Below are positions 48,351 through 62,560 of a DNA stretch of 64,000 bases, piece after piece; within the stretch, counting starts at the first letter, position 1; every line of letters begins with the position of its first letter. The notes under the pieces are model-generated. The model saw only the letters and a program-made list of their open reading frames with translations. It searched no databases and was not told the origin of the DNA. The stretch is from Octopus sinensis (Eukaryota), in the NCBI RefSeq assembly GCF_006345805.1, contig NC_043009.1, positions 17,608,001 to 17,672,000 on the forward strand, given 5' to 3'. The translations under genes were made by a program, and so were the position numbers.

Positions 48351-51300
48351 CATATATATATGTGTATGTCTGTGTGTGTGTGCATGTGTGTGTAATATAT
48401 ATATAGATATGAATGTAGGTATGTATGCATATATATATGTGATGTGTGTGAGTGTAAGTAATATATATATTTATATAATACCCCAGATACTCTTACCTTC
48501 AAACACATTTTTGATGCTCATTTACAACCATCATTTAATGTCAAGACAAGTACACACAACCACACACACACACAAACAGGCTTCTTACAGTTTCCACCAA
48601 CCAAACAACCAAATCCACTCACAAAGTGTAGAAGACACTTATTCAAGGTGTCATCCAGTGGGACTGAACCTGGAACCAAGTGGTTCAGAAGTATGCTTCT
48701 TATGGATGCATAGAAAATGAATGTTAAAAAATGGTGAAGTTAAAACTCAAAATGCCAAGGGTCAAATGGTTCAAAAGGATCAGACAGAACTAAGAACTAT
48801 ATTGTGCACCAATGATCACTTCAGCCTTATTTCTAAGGAGAGAGGCTCTTCCTAATTCCAATAATTTTTAAAAGTGTATTGGGTACACTTTTCTTATCGT
48901 GCGTGCATGCATGTGTGTATGTGTATGTGTGTACACATACATATACATACACTCATATATATTCAAAGACTGAAGAAGAGGGAAACATTTCACAAACAGA
49001 AACGTCTAAATATCATTGATGAACACCATTTCAGTAAAGGTGAAATGAATGTACAGTAGTCAAGAGTAAGTTTTGTACCAAAATTAAAAGTATCTTTAAA
49101 AATACCTGCAATGAAGAAAATGTATAAATTAAATAGGATTCAAATAAAACAAGAAAACAGCCAAGAGTCAATGTTTACGAGCACCCAATAGAAAGACACT
49201 TAAGAAATAACTGTAACATGGTTGAAATGGTTTGAATTCTGCAAAAACAATTCTGAGTAAGCATGGGACTTAGGAAGTAGTATAAAAAGTGGGACCAGTG
49301 ATTCATGTGAGGGTTTTATTCTTCTTTGGTGAAGGGCCTCAGCTGAAAGTGTAGTCTCCACTTCTCCCAGTACACTTATATACTCTTCTGTTTTTGAAAA
49401 TTTAAGAGAAACATTTAAAGAATGTTACGCTTCAACAATTCTTTAATGTAATATCTATTTAAGAATGTGATTTCTGTGCAAGGAAGGTAAGAACTACGGG
49501 GAAATTAACTGTTAAACTATAATAAATACAGACTCAGTTTTTCTTTGTTTATTTGAACTGCTTTTATTGAATATGTTTTTGATAAATCTATTTTAAAGGT
49601 TCATTTAGCAATTGAAGCAGTCTTTGAACTGGAAAAATAGATGAAAGAAAACTGAAGACAATTAGAACAGATGATGTGTATATATATATTCAAAGTTTGT
49701 TTCTATTGTTTTGAGATACAGACAGGTGGAGATTTGACATAAGTAGATCAAACAATTATGAAGAATATACAATCACTACATCTTATCAGATATTAATAAC
49801 ACTGACATGGCTAAATATTACATTTAGGTATATTTTTGCTTTGCATTGCTTTCATACTATCATCGGTTGGAGTATGTATGTTCCTCTCCTTTAAACATCT
49901 TAGTTTTTATGTATAAGAAAGAGCCAACTATAATAAAAGTGGAGGGGAGGCAAAAATCCACAGTAATATGTAGGTGTATCTCTTTACATTCTGTATCCAA
50001 ATCCTGCTGGTGTCGTATTCGCTTTTCATCTCCACCACTTGTAAGTATCAGAATATTTTCACAAAATGCATTGCTGTATTTCTGAGTTCAAATCATGCCA
50101 TGGCCAACTTTGCCTTTCATCATCTTAAGATCAATTAAAATATGAGTCAAGTTGAGGGATTAAACTGAATAATCTCTTATCCATAAATTTCTGAACTTGT
50201 GCTTATATTATAGATTCATAAAACTAAGGGATCATTAGATAAAATGGCATGTACTATTAAGGAAAGTTCCTTCATGTGTGCAAACCATGTCAGGGCTAAC
50301 ATTGTTTCTAAAATTCAGGATGGAGTTGAGGAGGGAGGATAAACATTAGTAACCAGTCATGTGCAGAGATTGAATAAAATGCCTGAACTTTCTCCCCGTA
50401 ATATATATAGCTTTGTACTTATGTCAGAAAAAACGTTTATCATTGTTAATAGAAAACAAAGTAAATCCCAGTGAAAATTAAATTAATGAAGCTCGTTTCT
50501 TTTTTTCTGCCTTTAAAGGTTAAGTCAGTTTGAAGGAAACGAATGCAGAACATTGAGATACTGAAGAAAATCATGTTTCCAGGCCAGTGTTTTCTTTTAT
50601 TTCAGTCATTTTCACAAGTATGTTACTAAGAAATATTAGCCACAGACATTATCTTCAGTGTTTGTAACTGGTTAAAAATTTAACCATCAAGCTTTGGAAT
50701 TAGATAACTCCAGTCTATAGATTGGTAGATTATTTATAAATATAAATACTAGATAATGGTGGACTGTTTTACAAAGCAAAAAGCAATGCTAGTAGAATGA
50801 TGCCAGTGGTAGTAGTGTTGCTGAGAAGAGAAGTGGTAGTGGTCAGTATTGTTAGTAAAAAGTCAAACTTCAACTGCATCCTACTTGTTTACCTGTTACT
50901 CAGACAGCATGACACCCACTAGCTGGTATTTGTTATCTCCAAGCCAGTGTTTATGTTAAGGAAATCAATCAAAATGGAACTGCTACTTATTGCTTGCCCC
51001 TGTTGTTATTTTTGTGTTGTTATAATAGATGTGAAACATAGCATGAATGCTGTGTGTACTTTTGATATCATTTCCCAGTTCCTGATACAACTCTGGTGTA
51101 AACTGATACTCATACAACAGCTTTTTACTAGCTTGATTGGATAACAGGCTAGTCTAAAGATCTGTTGACATGAAACACACACACAGACAACATTCATTCA
51201 GACACACAGACTACATACCACTCAGCATATGCACACCACACACATACACAGAGATAACGGAACATACACATACACCAAAAGGTAACTCCACCTTCCCTGC

Positions 51301-51999
51301 TGTTAGTTGCTGCACCAAATCAGAAATAAAAGATAAACTAAATAATAGGTGACAATCATAAGTACTAGAGACTTACATATTACACTAAGGTTGTGACAGT
51401 TAATTGCTTGATCACAACATAGTCAATATTTTCTAAGCAGTTGAAATGTTCAAGAACCAGTTAACCATTCACCTTTGATGTTATTAACTTTACTTGAAAT
51501 TGGTCATATTCATCAAAAATAAAGATCAGACTTTTGCCTTTATAATCTCTGACAATATAAAGGAAAGTTGATCTAGCATAATGAATGAAGATAGTTCCAT
51601 GTTTCCAATCATGCGATTGATGTAAGTTTTACTGTATAATTACGTTCAGATGCAAGAGCAGTCCAAATTCACTAATCATATGTCCAGTAAATAGCATTCT
51701 TCTCACACTTTATACAATAAACATCTTTTTAGACTTTAAAATCAACATTATATTTTATGACATATACAATACCATTTTCCATAGAAACTCTAATAATATA
51801 CAAATTTTAAAATGTATGTTGAATAGGCAAATTGAGTATTATAACATTTTGGTTTGTTTTGTTATTGACATCTATTTTTTGTTGCTTTTTTTTTTTGCTT
51901 TATTTAACGACTATTACATGAACTTATTCTTATTAAAAATCAATTATGAAAAGATCAGATTAACTATTGCTGATTCCACAAGAACAGGTCAGTTGGGGA

Positions 52000-52330
52000 A
52001 AACCCTGATCTTAAGAAGGCATACAACAATTATGTTGAAACACTACACACGTTACATTATTCTACTGAACTCATTGAGTCACATGAAAGCAGAGGGAGTA
52101 TACGTCTACAAGACTGAGAAATATGGAGGCTTAACCATCATATTACAATAATCTGGCTTCCAAACCAAAGTCCTAGCCATAAAGGTGGGAGCAAGAGGGT
52201 TTGTGGGCTAATCTGCCAATGATCTTATGAAACAGTTCTCAATTTCCAAGAGAAAAAGAACTAGAGCTCTTAAGAATATGGCAAAAGCAACCAAGAACGG
52301 TTCCAGCTGGATCTGGTCAAAGAATAATGG
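52000..52330 (+). mobile_element. HERO/NeSL-like LINE endonuclease C-terminus relic
   Basis: YKTEKYGGL...SGFQTKVLAIKVGARGFVG*SANDLMKQFSISKRKRTRALKNMAKATKNGSSWIWSK (EVGARGF and SS.WIW motifs). Confidence 0.8.
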
Positions 52331-54949
52331 AACTGAATTTCAGGAGGCATCATTTATTCCAACTTTAACTCCCATCTCAGACTGAACCAGTTACAATACC
52401 CAAGTTACTTTGGCTTTGAAGCACTTTAACCACTCAGAAGGACTGAAATGCAAACAGAAGCACAGAGGGTAACAGCAGAGTATCCAGGAGACATGAGTTT
52501 AAAGCTGAAGCACTTGCATAGGGAGGAGAGGGGAGGGCTACCTCTCTGAAGACCTTCTGCTGTTCAGCTCTCCCTAGAGTTTCTGACTAGCTACCTGGTT
52601 GAGTTTGATTGGCTGATGACAAACTCTAGTTATATCACAGCTGAGGGGGAGGGGGGTGATTAGCAGTTATAAACAAGTTGCCCGAACAAATCCCAACCAT
52701 AATGGTATGGAAAAGTAAATGTAAAACAGAAATAAAATTGAAACACAAATAAAACAGAGCTCAGGTCAAACTAACTTCAACCAGACCCTTAATTGAAATG
52801 GAATAGACTTTATAATAAAGAATAAGTGAATTGAGACAATAACATCCTTCAACAGATGAACATATTTTAGAGCTACTAAGGACATTCTTAAAGTTGACTC
52901 TTGGAATGTTCCAGCCTTTTTTTTGAAAGGTTACATCAATAAAATAAATTCAAAGACAGTAAATGCTTATATTCCAGTTAAAATGTGGCAAAAACCATTC
53001 AATGCAGAAGAGGCTCCATTACACGCTAAACCTAGTTAAACACTGAAGAAACAAATCACTGAGGAAGCTTCTATACAGTGGTAATAACTACTAGACACAG
53101 CAGCCAAAGCACCCTCTAATAACACTCAATTATCTTAAATAAATAAAGAACATATCACAGTTCCACATATCCACAAAAATTATGAGATGGTCATGAAAAG
53201 AAAAACTTCTGATCATAGGCTTACTATTCAATCAGAGTCAACCTAGAGATAAAGAAAATAACCTACTGAGTTATAGTATATGATGGGATCACCTTCTTCC
53301 TTCATACAATGAAACAAGTTTTATTTGTGCTATTTCCGCCATATAACCATCATTAACAATAACTTCTATAGCCACATGTTAGTAAACTAACATTATAAAC
53401 TATTATCAAGATTTTCTTTCCACCTTTCTTTGATTTCTTTGAAACTAGAATTAAAAATGTCCATAGAATTCATGGGCTTTTTTTCTCTACAAGGCAACAG
53501 GGACAATATGGTTAATGTTCAGTATCGTAACAGTGGAGAGAAACATGAGCAGACAGGGGGTTCCAAAGGGATGTAGTTCTAGGTGAAAATTAGCAAGGTG
53601 GTGTGCATGAAGTCTAAAAGGTGAGACACAGATCTGGCAGGGGGGAACTAGAGGTGAGAGCACTGAAATATTCTAGGACAATATAAAAACTGCTGAAATA
53701 ATTGGTAAAAGAGACATCAACACAGTATAAACGAGCCAGAATTTGTAAATCAGGTGATTGAAGATCTGCCTATAAAAAACAACAGTTTTTGCTTTGAATT
53801 AATGGACAAAACAACTGGTAAGAGTGTTATACAAACAAACTCAAAGACCCAGTTTTCAGTTAAGATAAGTAGTCTAACATTCCAATGGTTATTTACAACC
53901 AACTACTTTAGAAGACATGTCTACGCTTCAGAACTTGTGTCCCAGGTAGAGATGCCAAATTTTCAATGGCTTTATCTGCTTAGATAATATATAAATGTTA
54001 CCTTACTCACTGCTTTTCTAGGTTCAAATTTGCAGTAAGCAGTTAATAACAAACTGATAATGATCACAATTATCTGGAAGAGAACTTTGTAAATTTTGTG
54101 TAAATTAACCATAAATGAAGTTGTTGAAATACAGATCACAAAGTAGTTGAAGTTATGCTACATCAATTTTTCAAGTTTTATGAAGAAAAATTATAGACAA
54201 GTAGAGAAGTAATGAATTGAATACCAATTATTATTATCGTTATTATCATTACTATATTCATCATAGATTGTTAAGTAACAAGATAATGAATTGGTCTAAC
54301 TCATTCAGTCTTGATTCTTTGTTTTAAATTCAAATCTGCCAGAGTTGGGTTTTTCCTTTCAACCTTTAATGGTTGATGAAAGAAGGGCCAATTCTATTGA
54401 TGATAGCTATGTCCTATAAATTTCTGGCCTTATTCCAATCTAAACAACCATTATCATTCATCATCATCATTTAGCACGTGTTTTCCATGCTGACATGGGT
54501 AAGATGATTTGACTGGAGCCGGTAAGCTGGAGAGCAGCACCAATTATTATTATTGTTATCGTTATTGTTATTATTACTATGATTATGATTATTATTAAGG
54601 TGGTGAGCTAGCAGGATTGTTAGCACACTAGACAAAATGCCTAGCAGCATTTCATCCGTCACTACATTCCAAACCCAAATTCCACTGGAGTTAATTCAAT
54701 CAACTAAAGCCTTGGTTGAAGATACTCAGTATTTAACAACTGAGGCACAAGTTCAACTCCCAGCTGCAGTTCTTTCACTGATGGCTTGTAAGAAGCACTG
54801 ACATCAAATCAAACCCTTGTTGTAGTCTACTCACTATGAAGGGGGGGAGGTGTCAATAAATGACTGCTTACAGCATAATGAAATAGTAATTATTTTATCG
54901 TAATTATCATTTTTCTATATAATCATAATTATCATATAACTCATTAAAT

Positions 54950-55915
54950 TGTGATATTCACAAATCATTTCAAATAGTAACCAGAGGTAACCATTAATTA
55001 TATTAAGATACAATGATACCCGCAAATCATATCAGAGATATCAATATAGTATATTAAAGAGAATGATATCTACATGTCATATCTTATACAGAGGTGTCCA
55101 CACTATATTAAAATATACTTGTGACTACATTGCATTAATTGTAGCAACATCCACACACATTACACTGAATATTGAATGGTTCACATTATATTAAATATAG
55201 TGATGTTCACAGTGTATTAAATATAGTGACATCCACATTATAGAAAATTTAGTGATGACTAGAGATTATACTAAATATTGTGATGATCACACATTATGCT
55301 AAATATAGTCATAATAATATACTGACTACTGGGATAACCAAACTATATTGAACATATGATATCCACAATGCATTAACTATGGAGATATCCATACATTGTA
55401 TCAAATTCAGTGATATGTACACATTATATTTCACACATATGTATTATACTGAATATCGTGATATCAAAATTATACTAATATAGTAATATCAACTCATGAT
55501 GTAAAATATACTGATGACTATATTATACAGAATATAGAGACATCCATATAATAGGAAATATAGAGATGTCTACATATCAGATATAGTGATATCCACCTTA
55601 CATTGGATATAATTATATCCACATTATATTATGTATGAAATTGACCACAAATTATATTAAATATGAGTGCACATCAGAGTACATATACAACAGCAACAAT
55701 GAGATTTGACTGAAGGCCTATAAAAAGGCAATATTCAATCATATCTTATGTGTTCAGCATTCTTATATCCTAATTGTAGACGTGATATCCATTAACATCA
55801 GTATAAATACAGTGATATCTAGTAATATCAGTATAGTATACTGAACACAGTTGTGACTGCAACTTAGAAAATTTTATCAATAGATGTAGGATTAGTGAAA
55901 TCATCCATATTATAT
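54950..55915. repeat. Degenerate minisatellite, ~26-28-bp unit (approx. GTGATATCCACATTATATTAAATATA)
   Basis: Recurring GTGAT.TCCACATTATA.TAAATATA variants over about 1 kb. Confidence 0.8.
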
Positions 55916-55989
55916 CTTATCTCCAAATACCAGCATACTCTAACAAACAAACTATATTGCTGCCAAATCCAAAGTGGAATTCAACACAT

Positions 55990-56219
55990 CACTCAGTAAG
56001 AAGTACAGGGGCAGCTTCCCAGTTTCTCTCGTGCATATATTCCTCCCTGGACAGATTGCTAGTCCGTCACAGGGTTTACGCATTTTCATCAGCTGAGTGG
56101 ACTAGAGAAACATTGAAGTGTTTTGCTCAAGAACATACTGCATAACCCATTGCAGGGATCGAAACCACAATCTTACAATCAGGAGTTCAACACCTTAATC
56201 ACTATGCCATGCACCTCCA
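55990..56219 (-). mobile_element. tRNA-derived SINE
   Basis: Minus-strand head GTGGAGGTGCATGGCATAGTGATTAAGG...GGTTTCGATCCC (A and B boxes), with a CTTGAGCAAAACACTT core. Confidence 0.75.
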
Positions 56220-56328
56220 CATGTCATGTTGAATGCACCAGTTCTCATCCAATCACCAAAGTTAAACAACATTAGTACTTATTTAGTACTTAGACGGGTG
56301 ACCGCTTGGGAAACCTAGGTGTTGTAAT
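56220..56328 (+). pseudogene. 5S rRNA pseudogene (5' end missing)
   Basis: GTTGAATGCACCAGTTCTCATCCAATCACCAAAGTTAAACAAC...TTAGTACTTAGACGGGTGACCGCTTGGGAAACCTAGGTGTTGTA matches metazoan 5S (A-box, IE and C-box). Several changes fit CpG decay. Confidence 0.88.
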
Positions 56329-57354
56329 CTGTCATGTAAATGAAGTCTAATTTTACTAACTCATCTAGCACTAATGTACCAGATGTACGCGAAAGACCAT
56401 TAATACCTTGAAATTGGTTTGATAATTAACTGCATGCAAAACAAGGTGAAGAAAATAATACTCAAATATCAAAGGTCAAGTAAAATGTAATGTCTTGTTG
56501 AAGCTGAAAAACTTGACAAACTTTTACTCTGAGTTTCACATAACTCATCACCAGACAGAAGTGAACTTATGGAATAATACAATGGTTTATAAATGTTCAT
56601 AACTGATGCCATGGTAACTTTTTGGTAAAAACATGAAATAAGCATTTGAAGGTGATTGGACGGGGATTTATGATGTTTTAAAATCAGTGGAATAAGTTGG
56701 CTAAAACCACTGACTATAGACATTAAAATAGAGTAAGATAAAGATGAATAAAATGAATCACATTGTATTAGTATAGGGTAATAGTTATACTATTTGCAGA
56801 AAAGGAAAACCAAATTCATTTTAAAAATTAAGAATTCAAGAAACACAAATACAAGTGAAAAAAAAAAAAGATCAAAACAGGGCCAATGTGTATAAGTGAA
56901 TCACAAAATAAATTACACACACACACACACACACACAGAAAAACACATACATAAACATTTGCACATACATTAGAGTAAAGACAAAATCAAATACTGATAT
57001 TTTGAATGCATTTAATACATGTGTTTCTTTTAGTTACGTAAGCTAACCCTTATATAATCCTGTTTAAGTGTCTAAGTACCTAATTTATATATCTGTACTG
57101 ATGTGTATGCATCTTTAAATGTGTTTTGATGGATGTATAGCTGTACATGTATGCATAGTTATATGAAAGTTATCCTGTGCATGAGTGAGTACATATATGT
57201 AAATCTGTATATCTAAGTGTATGTGCATCACCACACAAATGTATATATGTTGGAGGTTTGAGTGTTTTTCTTTGTACATGTGTCTGTGCATTTAAACTAA
57301 TTTAAAAGTAAAGGTATATTTACACACCCACACACATATAAAATATATGTATAT

Positions 57355-57550
57355 TCTTTGTAAGCCTAGTACTTATTCTATCGATCTCTTTTGCAGAACC
57401 GCTAAGTTACGGGGACGTAAACACACCAGCATCGGTTGTCAAGCGATGTTGGTGGGGACAAACACAACACACAAACATACACATATATATATATATATAT
57501 ATACATATATATACAACGGGCTTCTTTCAGTTTCCGTCTACCAAATCCAC
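57355..57550 (-). mobile_element. SINE family A fragment (CpG-rich, apparently young)
   Basis: AAGCCTAGTACTTATTCTATCG...CCGCTAAGTTACGGGGACGTAAACACACC. Confidence 0.85.
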
Positions 57551-60500
57551 ATATACATATTAGTTTCTGGGCAGGCTTTTCACCTTCAAACTTTATTATA
57601 TTATATATAGTCCTGCGTGTAACCAACTCCATGTATTTAAATGCTTTCCACAATAAACTTGCATTTTTTTAAATGGCTCAGGGGAAGCTTTGTGATACAA
57701 GCACTCACCTCTGAATGCAATACTTCTTTTAGCACAAACAACTGTAAGCTAATAAGAGTGTCATTCACACACACACACAAATATATGTGCATAAAAGGCG
57801 GTGCCCCAGCATGGCCACAGCTCGTGAGCTGAAACTAGAATCAATCAATCAATCATACACACATATACATACACAAAATACTACACAATGACACTTTTAC
57901 ACGAATACACATATTCAGATGGTAGCACTCTATAATATTTAATAAATGCCATTACGTGTGTGTGTGTGTATGTGTGTGTGTGTGTGGTATGTGTGTATGT
58001 GGTGTGTGTGTGTGTGTGCATGCGTGTGAATGCATGCTGCAATTGCCTGAATCTAGATGCCAGCTGGTCTTTTTTTCACAAATTCAACAAATATTATGGA
58101 TACATTTTACATTTGTCACTGATAGGTGTTTCTCTTATATACACCCTACATTGTACCTAATAGTCTATATACAAAATGACCACATCTAGAAATGTAAATA
58201 AAATATTTCATCCATCAGCTAACATATATACATTGTTATAGATTAGTTCAAAACGCATACAAACAGTACATCCAAACACTAACAATTTCCTATGTTAGGA
58301 AGTTTTTTGAAAGGCCTCGGAGGATTACTGAACTGTGATAGTTTTGAAAGGATGCACAAAATAACTTCAATTAGGACTTAAAAGCATTACAAAAGCAGCT
58401 TCTTGTAAAAGTAATTGTTTGGAAGAAAGAGGTGTATAGTTTATTAAATAGCCCCCATTAGACAACTGATACTTTAATGCTCAAATTCAGGGAGATGAAT
58501 TGTAAAATTAACAGAGGCAGGAATAGGCCAGACATTTGCAGCAATGTGAAAGCGAGAGGTGAGATAAATGTCATCAATAGCTAGGCTAAAGTTTGCATTA
58601 GAAAAGTAACGAGAGTGTCAAACAACAATACAGAGTACAGCTACATAAGGTGAGGCAGGTGAAACTTAATCTCCAGGAATTTTATTATTAACTGAGAGTC
58701 CTTTCACTCATTTTCTTCTATCTCTCTTTCTCTTCATTCTCTCCTCCTCTTCTACTGTCTTTCCACCACCAAAATTTGCCACCTTGAATCCGTAATCTCT
58801 TCTTTATCTTCTCTTTTCTTGCTAATTACTCTCCCCCATCACCTACCATCTTCCTCACTCCCATCATTCATGAGTAATATTGTGAGGTGAATCAAATTTT
58901 GCATTAATTTTTTTTTTTTTTTTTTACAATTTTTAAAATATGAAATATCTTAAAGATTTAATCTATGTGTGAGTACTTGTGTGTTTGCCTGTATGTGTGC
59001 TTGAGTGTTAATGTGTATAAGTGTTTTGCCTGAAATGCTACATATATATGCAAATTAAGATTTGGCATAAATGAACAATACTATTTTGCTGAGCTCAGCT
59101 TACAGTTTAAGATTAAAATGCAAAATTGTTGTTTACAACAGTCTCTGTAGATCCTACATATATCTACCACATTAGTGGTGTCTGCCAATCAGCAGGAGCT
59201 TCAACACAATTAGCTAAATAAAATATATAGCAGACACTTTCTCCTTCCTAATCAAATGTTTGTTAAATTTTGTCTTATTAACTGAAAACTGATGTAATTT
59301 TTATTTTAACAAGTAAAGAAAAACACTACAAAACCTATATTGTTATAAATGAGTCTATAGGCTTTGTTCAACTTTGATATTTTTCTAAGCTTTCAGAGTA
59401 GAGGAGAGCTTGAATCTACAACCTACAGACAAACATGAACAGAAAAACTAATGAAGGTAGGTGATAGTTTCTCATGCTATTTCTAAATGCTAAACTTACA
59501 CCAAAGCCTCTGAAGATAAATGCATGGTGAACCAATTTACTTTAATAGTATAAGAGATTCTGTGACAAGTTAGGATTTCAAGGATCTCTCTCTCTCTCTC
59601 TCTCTCTTTCTCTATTTCTGACAGAGAACAGCTTTTTTTACTACTATTCTTCAAACAAGCTGCCTTTTATGACTGTCAAGATTTATCAGTATTAGGTCAT
59701 TTGCCAAAAGCCTACATTGAGAGAGGGAACATTCCTTTCTTGCAATAGACTTGATATTCTTCTTCCTAACTTTGCAGCATTCAGTCCAGCACATGAATGT
59801 CAAAGAAGATAAACTCTCACTATATTTAGTTGTTTACTCTACATTTTTGCTGACTGCTGCTGCCACACTTGAACTTGTTTGTTGCAGCACTTTAAAATCT
59901 ACACCTAATACACACACACATACACACACACACACGTGCACAACATATACACATTCTCCCCACTCTCTTTCTCTCTCTCTCTCTTATTTTTATCACTCAT
60001 TCCTTCACTTGCTTGCTTCATTTCTTCTTTAAAATTAGCAGAAGGGACACTATTAATGCTGCAGAGGAGGCAGGCTAGCATAATGGGAGATGAGATAATG
60101 CTCTGAAATTGGGATCAGAGGAGAGAGAAAGAAAGAGGTCAGGGTGACAATTTTGGTAATATTCCAGTCGGTGCTATATAAATAAATGTATAATTAGCAT
60201 CTCTTTCACACCAAAACAGAAGGCAAATTAAAACACATGCAGCAATTAATGTGTAACTAGCATAGAAAAACAGTCTTTAAGATACATTTATGGTGTAAAC
60301 ATCACTACAAATTAGGGAGCCAAAAGAAAAAATAATAATAATAATTTAAGATGAAAATAAATAAACAAACATATTAGAAAAATTCTCTTACATAAACCTT
60401 TATAACCTAACTTAGAATTTTAAAAAGCCAAACAGATAAAAGAAGCAAATCAAAATATTCAGAGATGCATTATTAACTAATATTTAGGATTCTCATAGTG

Positions 60501-60857
60501 GCCTAAATAGACAAGAGGCCCATGTATAATGCAATATATGAAATAGTATATTCTAACTGTCAATAACAGCAGAGAACTATACAAGCTGTGCTGTTATTGA
60601 CAGTCTAACTGTATATTTACATACCGAATGTAAATTAGAATTAATAATATTATAAAAAAATAGTGAGGTGCTAGGAAGTGTTAGGGGAGGTGAAGTCAAA
60701 GTTAGACTTAAAGAATTGCTGATCTTAAGAGTAAAAACACATGAGCTGGATAAAATAACTTTGTTGATAGAATTATCCAACTCCTGTCAACCGAAGAAAC
60801 GACATAATCTGGTAGTAAAGGAACTAAACAGTGAGGCACATGGTCCCATATTTGCCC

Positions 60858-62138
60858 AATGTTCGAAGGTCATGCTTCACCACCTCATCCCATGTCTTCC
60901 TGGGTCTACTTCTTCCACAGGTTCCTTCCACAGTTAGGGTGTGGCACTCACTCACACAGCTATCCTCATCCATATGTAACACATGACCATACCAGTGCAG
61001 TTGTCTCTCTTGCACACCACATTTGATGTTTCTTATGTAAAACTTTTCTCTCAGGGCTCTTACACTCTGTCGGGTATGCACACCAACATTACACATCCAG
61101 TGGATCATAGTAGCTTCATTTCTTTCAAGCCTATGCATGTTTCACAGCCGTGTAGCACAGTAGTTTGCACACATGCATCATACAGTCTGCCATTCATCCT
61201 GAGCAAGAGGCCCTTAATTGCCAGCAGAGGTAGGAGCTCCCTGAACTTTGGCCAGGCTATTCTTATTCTAGACATTAATTCTGGTTTTTCCCCCATGGCA
61301 TGTAATGGAATTTGCTTTCTGTACATCTTCAATGTTTATTGCCCCTGTGCATCTGCCACATACAAAAACTATCTTCCCAGTTAACCTTCCTTTGATATTG
61401 CTGCACCTTTTATGTGTCCATAGCTTACACTGGGTACATCATATGGAGTCTACCCATGCCTTTTATACAGATCAAGCAGGGCCATCTACCTGAAGGGGAT
61501 TGTGATTTGACAGCCTTCCTATTTACTAAGGCTTTGGTTTTTGCTAGGTTAACCCAAAGGTGCTTCGATTTTAGACCTTGCTTCTACACCCTAAACTTCG
61601 TCTCTAGTTCTGGCAGTGACTTGACTATTAGAGCAAGGTCATCAGCATAGAGGAGCTCCCAGGGGCAGCCTGTCTTTAATTCCTCTGTTATTGCCTGGAG
61701 GACTATAATGAATAAAATGGGACTGAGGACTGATCCTTAGTGAACTCCTTCTTCTACCTGGAATTCTTCACTATACTCATTGCTAAATCTCACCTTACTG
61801 ACAGCATCCCTATACAGCTCTTACCAACCACTCGTCTATTCCCACTTTCCACACTGACCACCAGTTAAGATATGCGGTGAGCTGGCAGAAACGTTAGCAC
61901 GCCGGGCAAAATGCTTAACGGTTTTTCATCTGTCTTTAACGTTCTGAGTTCAAATTCTGCTGAGACCGACTTTAGCTTTCATCCCTTCGAGGTCGATAAA
62001 TTAAGTACCAGTTACAGACTGGGGTTGATGTAATCGACTTAGTTCCTTTGTCTATCCTTGTTTGTCCCCTCTATGTTGAGCCCCTTGTGGGCAATAAAGT
62101 AATAAGATAAGGGTCAGGGTACCCTGTCAAAGACTTTC
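60858..62138 (-). mobile_element. RTE LINE (RT to C-terminus), pseudogenised, interrupted by a SINE
   Basis: LLYADDLAL near 61630-61656; ORFs 61105-61332 and 60824-61138 (WYGHVLHM, RPRKTWDEVV). Colinear with 27705-28925. Confidence 0.93.
61873..62105 (+). mobile_element. SINE family B, near full length, nested in the RTE
   Basis: GCGGTGAGCTGGCAGAAACGTTAGCACGCCGGGC...GAGTTCAAATTC...GGGCAATAAAG; probable TSD TAAGATA on both sides. Confidence 0.88.
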
Positions 62139-62349
62139 AAATAATATAATGCAGTTATTAATATGAAGGGTTGGAATTAATGCATGTAAGATTTCACGGC
62201 TCTAGCATCACTCCTTTGTAGTCAGTCTATGAACTTTTCAGCCCATCCTTGACTAACAGAATCATTGTATCCACTTCAACCACACTGGCAATTACGTCTG
62301 TTAATTCTCTTCCTTGCATTCCTCCAGGCCTCAAAGAGTAGAACAAATA

Positions 62350-62560
62350 GTTCTTAGTGACAGAATGCATAGAAGACACCACTGGATAAAGAAGTGCTAA
62401 ATGATCCAAATGAAAGGAACCTCCAGAAGACGAAGAGCAAGGAAGACACAGAAGGAGGTGATGAAGGTTGGCCGGAGAGTATTGAAACTGACAAAGGAAA
62501 TGACAAATGTCCACAAGTTACAAGATGTTCTGTTGGAGAAACCCCATCTCTAACCTGTGC
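62350..62560 (+). mobile_element. Degenerate RTE C-terminal fragment
   Basis: RMHRRHHWIKKC...RRRARKT.KEVMK, resembling RM....WVKKC...GRPRKTW.EV. Confidence 0.55.

Noticed and set aside
48968-49010. CTGAAGA...GAAACGTC hammerhead-like match
   Set aside because: No plausible stem II and no stem I.
49325-49357. TTGGTGAAGGGCCTCAGCTGAAAGTGTAGTC, resembling a Penelope hammerhead
   Set aside because: Two core mismatches and no stem I; too degenerate to support.
54950-55915. CRISPR array
   Set aside because: Eukaryotic context, degenerate tandem units with no unique spacers, and no cas genes.
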